A stretch of 64,000 nt of DNA. It comes from Candidatus Polarisedimenticolaceae bacterium (GTDB lineage: Bacteria > Acidobacteriota > Polarisedimenticolia > Polarisedimenticolales > DASRJG01). A program made the position numbers and the translations under genes. Under the pieces are notes generated by a model that was given only the letters and a program-made list of their open reading frames with translations, ran no database searches and was not told the DNA's origin. Below are positions 63,258 to 64,000 of the stretch, in pieces. The stretch covers positions 3,131 through 67,130 of the forward strand of contig DASVAW010000075.1 in NCBI GenBank assembly GCA_036376135.1, in the 5' to 3' direction. Every line of letters begins with the position of its first letter. Positions within the stretch are counted from its first letter, which is position 1.

Positions 63258-64000
63258 TCAGGGCACGAGGCTCACGCGCGACACGGCGACGCGATCGACG
63301 CCCGCGCGCGTGAACGGAAACGGGAAATCGCGCCCGCCGGCCCAGGCTTCGAGCTGGTCGTCGCGGTGGCGATCGAAGAGGTTCCCGGACTGGCCGAGGG
63401 GGAGAACCAGGCGCGACGCGTCGGGGTCGCCGAGGTCCACGATCAGGCGCGCGGAGGCGATGCCGCGCACCGCCATCGTGCGCGAGCCGAGTCCGAGTCC
63501 CGCGACGCCGACCGTGTGCGAGTCGCCCGGAAGCTCCACGGGGCCGACGTCGAGAAGGGGCGCGAGCGCGGGGGCGGCGTCCGAGCCGGGATGACGGTAG
63601 AGCAGGCGGTGCCGCGTGCCGTAGCTCCACCGGGACGGATCGCCCCCGTCCTCCGCGACGACGCGGGCGATCGCCCGCGCGAGCGCCCGCTCGACCGCTT
63701 CCTCCCGCGTCTCCCGCACCGGAGTCGTCGGGTCGTCCCAGAGCTCGGCGCCCTCGCCCGCGACGACCATCGCGTCGAGCGCCGTCCAGCCCGCGGGGAG
63801 CGTCCCGAGACGCTCCCTGGACGCGAAGGCCGCGCTGCGAAGCTCGCGCATGAAGACGTAGAACAGGAGGGACGGCCCCCTCCGATCGGCGACGCGATCC
63901 CACGACGCGAGGATCGCGCGGGCGCGGCGTGCGTCCGGGTCGCGCAGCGGCAGCCCCGCGAGCGCGCCGATCATCCGCTCCGCGTACCGCGAGCGATGGT
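63258..64000 (-). CDS. Penicillin acylase (S45/Ntn-hydrolase) family protein, C-terminal part (N-terminus outside window)
   Basis: The frame is open to position 64000. The C-terminal pattern GDSHTV...RLIVDLGDPDASRLVLPLGQSGN...HRDDQLEAW is typical of the family. Confidence 0.75.
   Translation of the reverse strand, partial: HRSRYAERMIGALAGLPLRDPDARRARAILASWDRVADRRGPSLLFYVFMRELRSAAFASRERLGTLPAGWTALDAMVVAGEGAELWDDPTTPVRETREEAVERALARAIARVVAEDGGDPSRWSYGTRHRLLYRHPGSDAAPALAPLLDVGPVELPGDSHTVGVAGLGLGSRTMAVRGIASARLIVDLGDPDASRLVLPLGQSGNLFDRHRDDQLEAWAGGRDFPFPFTRAGVDRVAVSRVSLVP

Overview
High-GC (roughly 70-72%) bacterial chromosomal window. It is very densely packed, with about 60 CDS. I found no rRNA, tRNA, CRISPR array, transposase or integrase. 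Many neighbouring genes overlap by 4 nt (ATGA, GTGA or TTGA), so most of the window is organised in tight operons. The many very long Arg/Gly/Pro-rich ORFs in the six-frame track are alternate-frame artefacts of stop-codon depletion.

Gene content in order:
- (1-5541, minus) ECF sigma factor, a large ZAS/FecR anti-sigma factor, and an ABC exporter (ATPase, ABC-2 permease, ATPase) that continues past the window edge.
- (5605-13058, plus) B3/4-domain protein, then a seven-gene coupled set: a Tat-exported molybdenum hydroxylase (2Fe-2S, Moco and FAD subunits), a 63-aa Cys-rich protein, a hypothetical protein and two amidohydrolase paralogs.
- ybaK coupled to a DUF2442-DUF4160 fusion ORF.
- Cystathionine beta-synthase, a fused E1 alpha/beta 2-oxoacid dehydrogenase, and a SWIM-SNF2 helicase.
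- A 109-bp perfect-palindrome element between convergent genes, followed by a 4Fe-4S protein.
- Saccharopine-dehydrogenase-like protein plus pgi.
- Two secreted TonB-C-domain paralogs, and a lipoprotein plus HExxH metalloprotease.
- M20 dipeptidase, a 1210-aa S8 protease and an OPT peptide transporter.
- An eight-gene arginine operon (argG, unknown, argC, argF-prime, argB, M20 deacylase, argH, argR) with an ARG-box-like palindrome at its promoter.
- gshA, nucleotidyltransferase and lipoprotein, divergent from an HprK-like P-loop protein plus PhzF.
- Methyltransferase and a deoxyhypusine-synthase-like protein.
- A run of small redox and detoxification enzymes, then three GNATs.
- An ABM / CysK-like / GNAT triplet.
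- korAB, a SirB1-like protein, and a truncated penicillin-acylase-family gene.

Observations most worth follow-up:
- The AT-rich 37-bp perfect inverted repeat that supplies the stop codons of both flanking convergent genes.
- An uncharacterised DTBS/CobQ-like P-loop protein translationally coupled inside the arginine operon, which lacks argA/argJ/argD.
- A degenerate amidohydrolase paralog that has lost its metal-ligand histidines.
- The ECF / giant anti-sigma / ABC module.
- The reversed-order DUF2442-DUF4160 fusion.

All functional calls come from motif and family recognition by eye. No database search was run.
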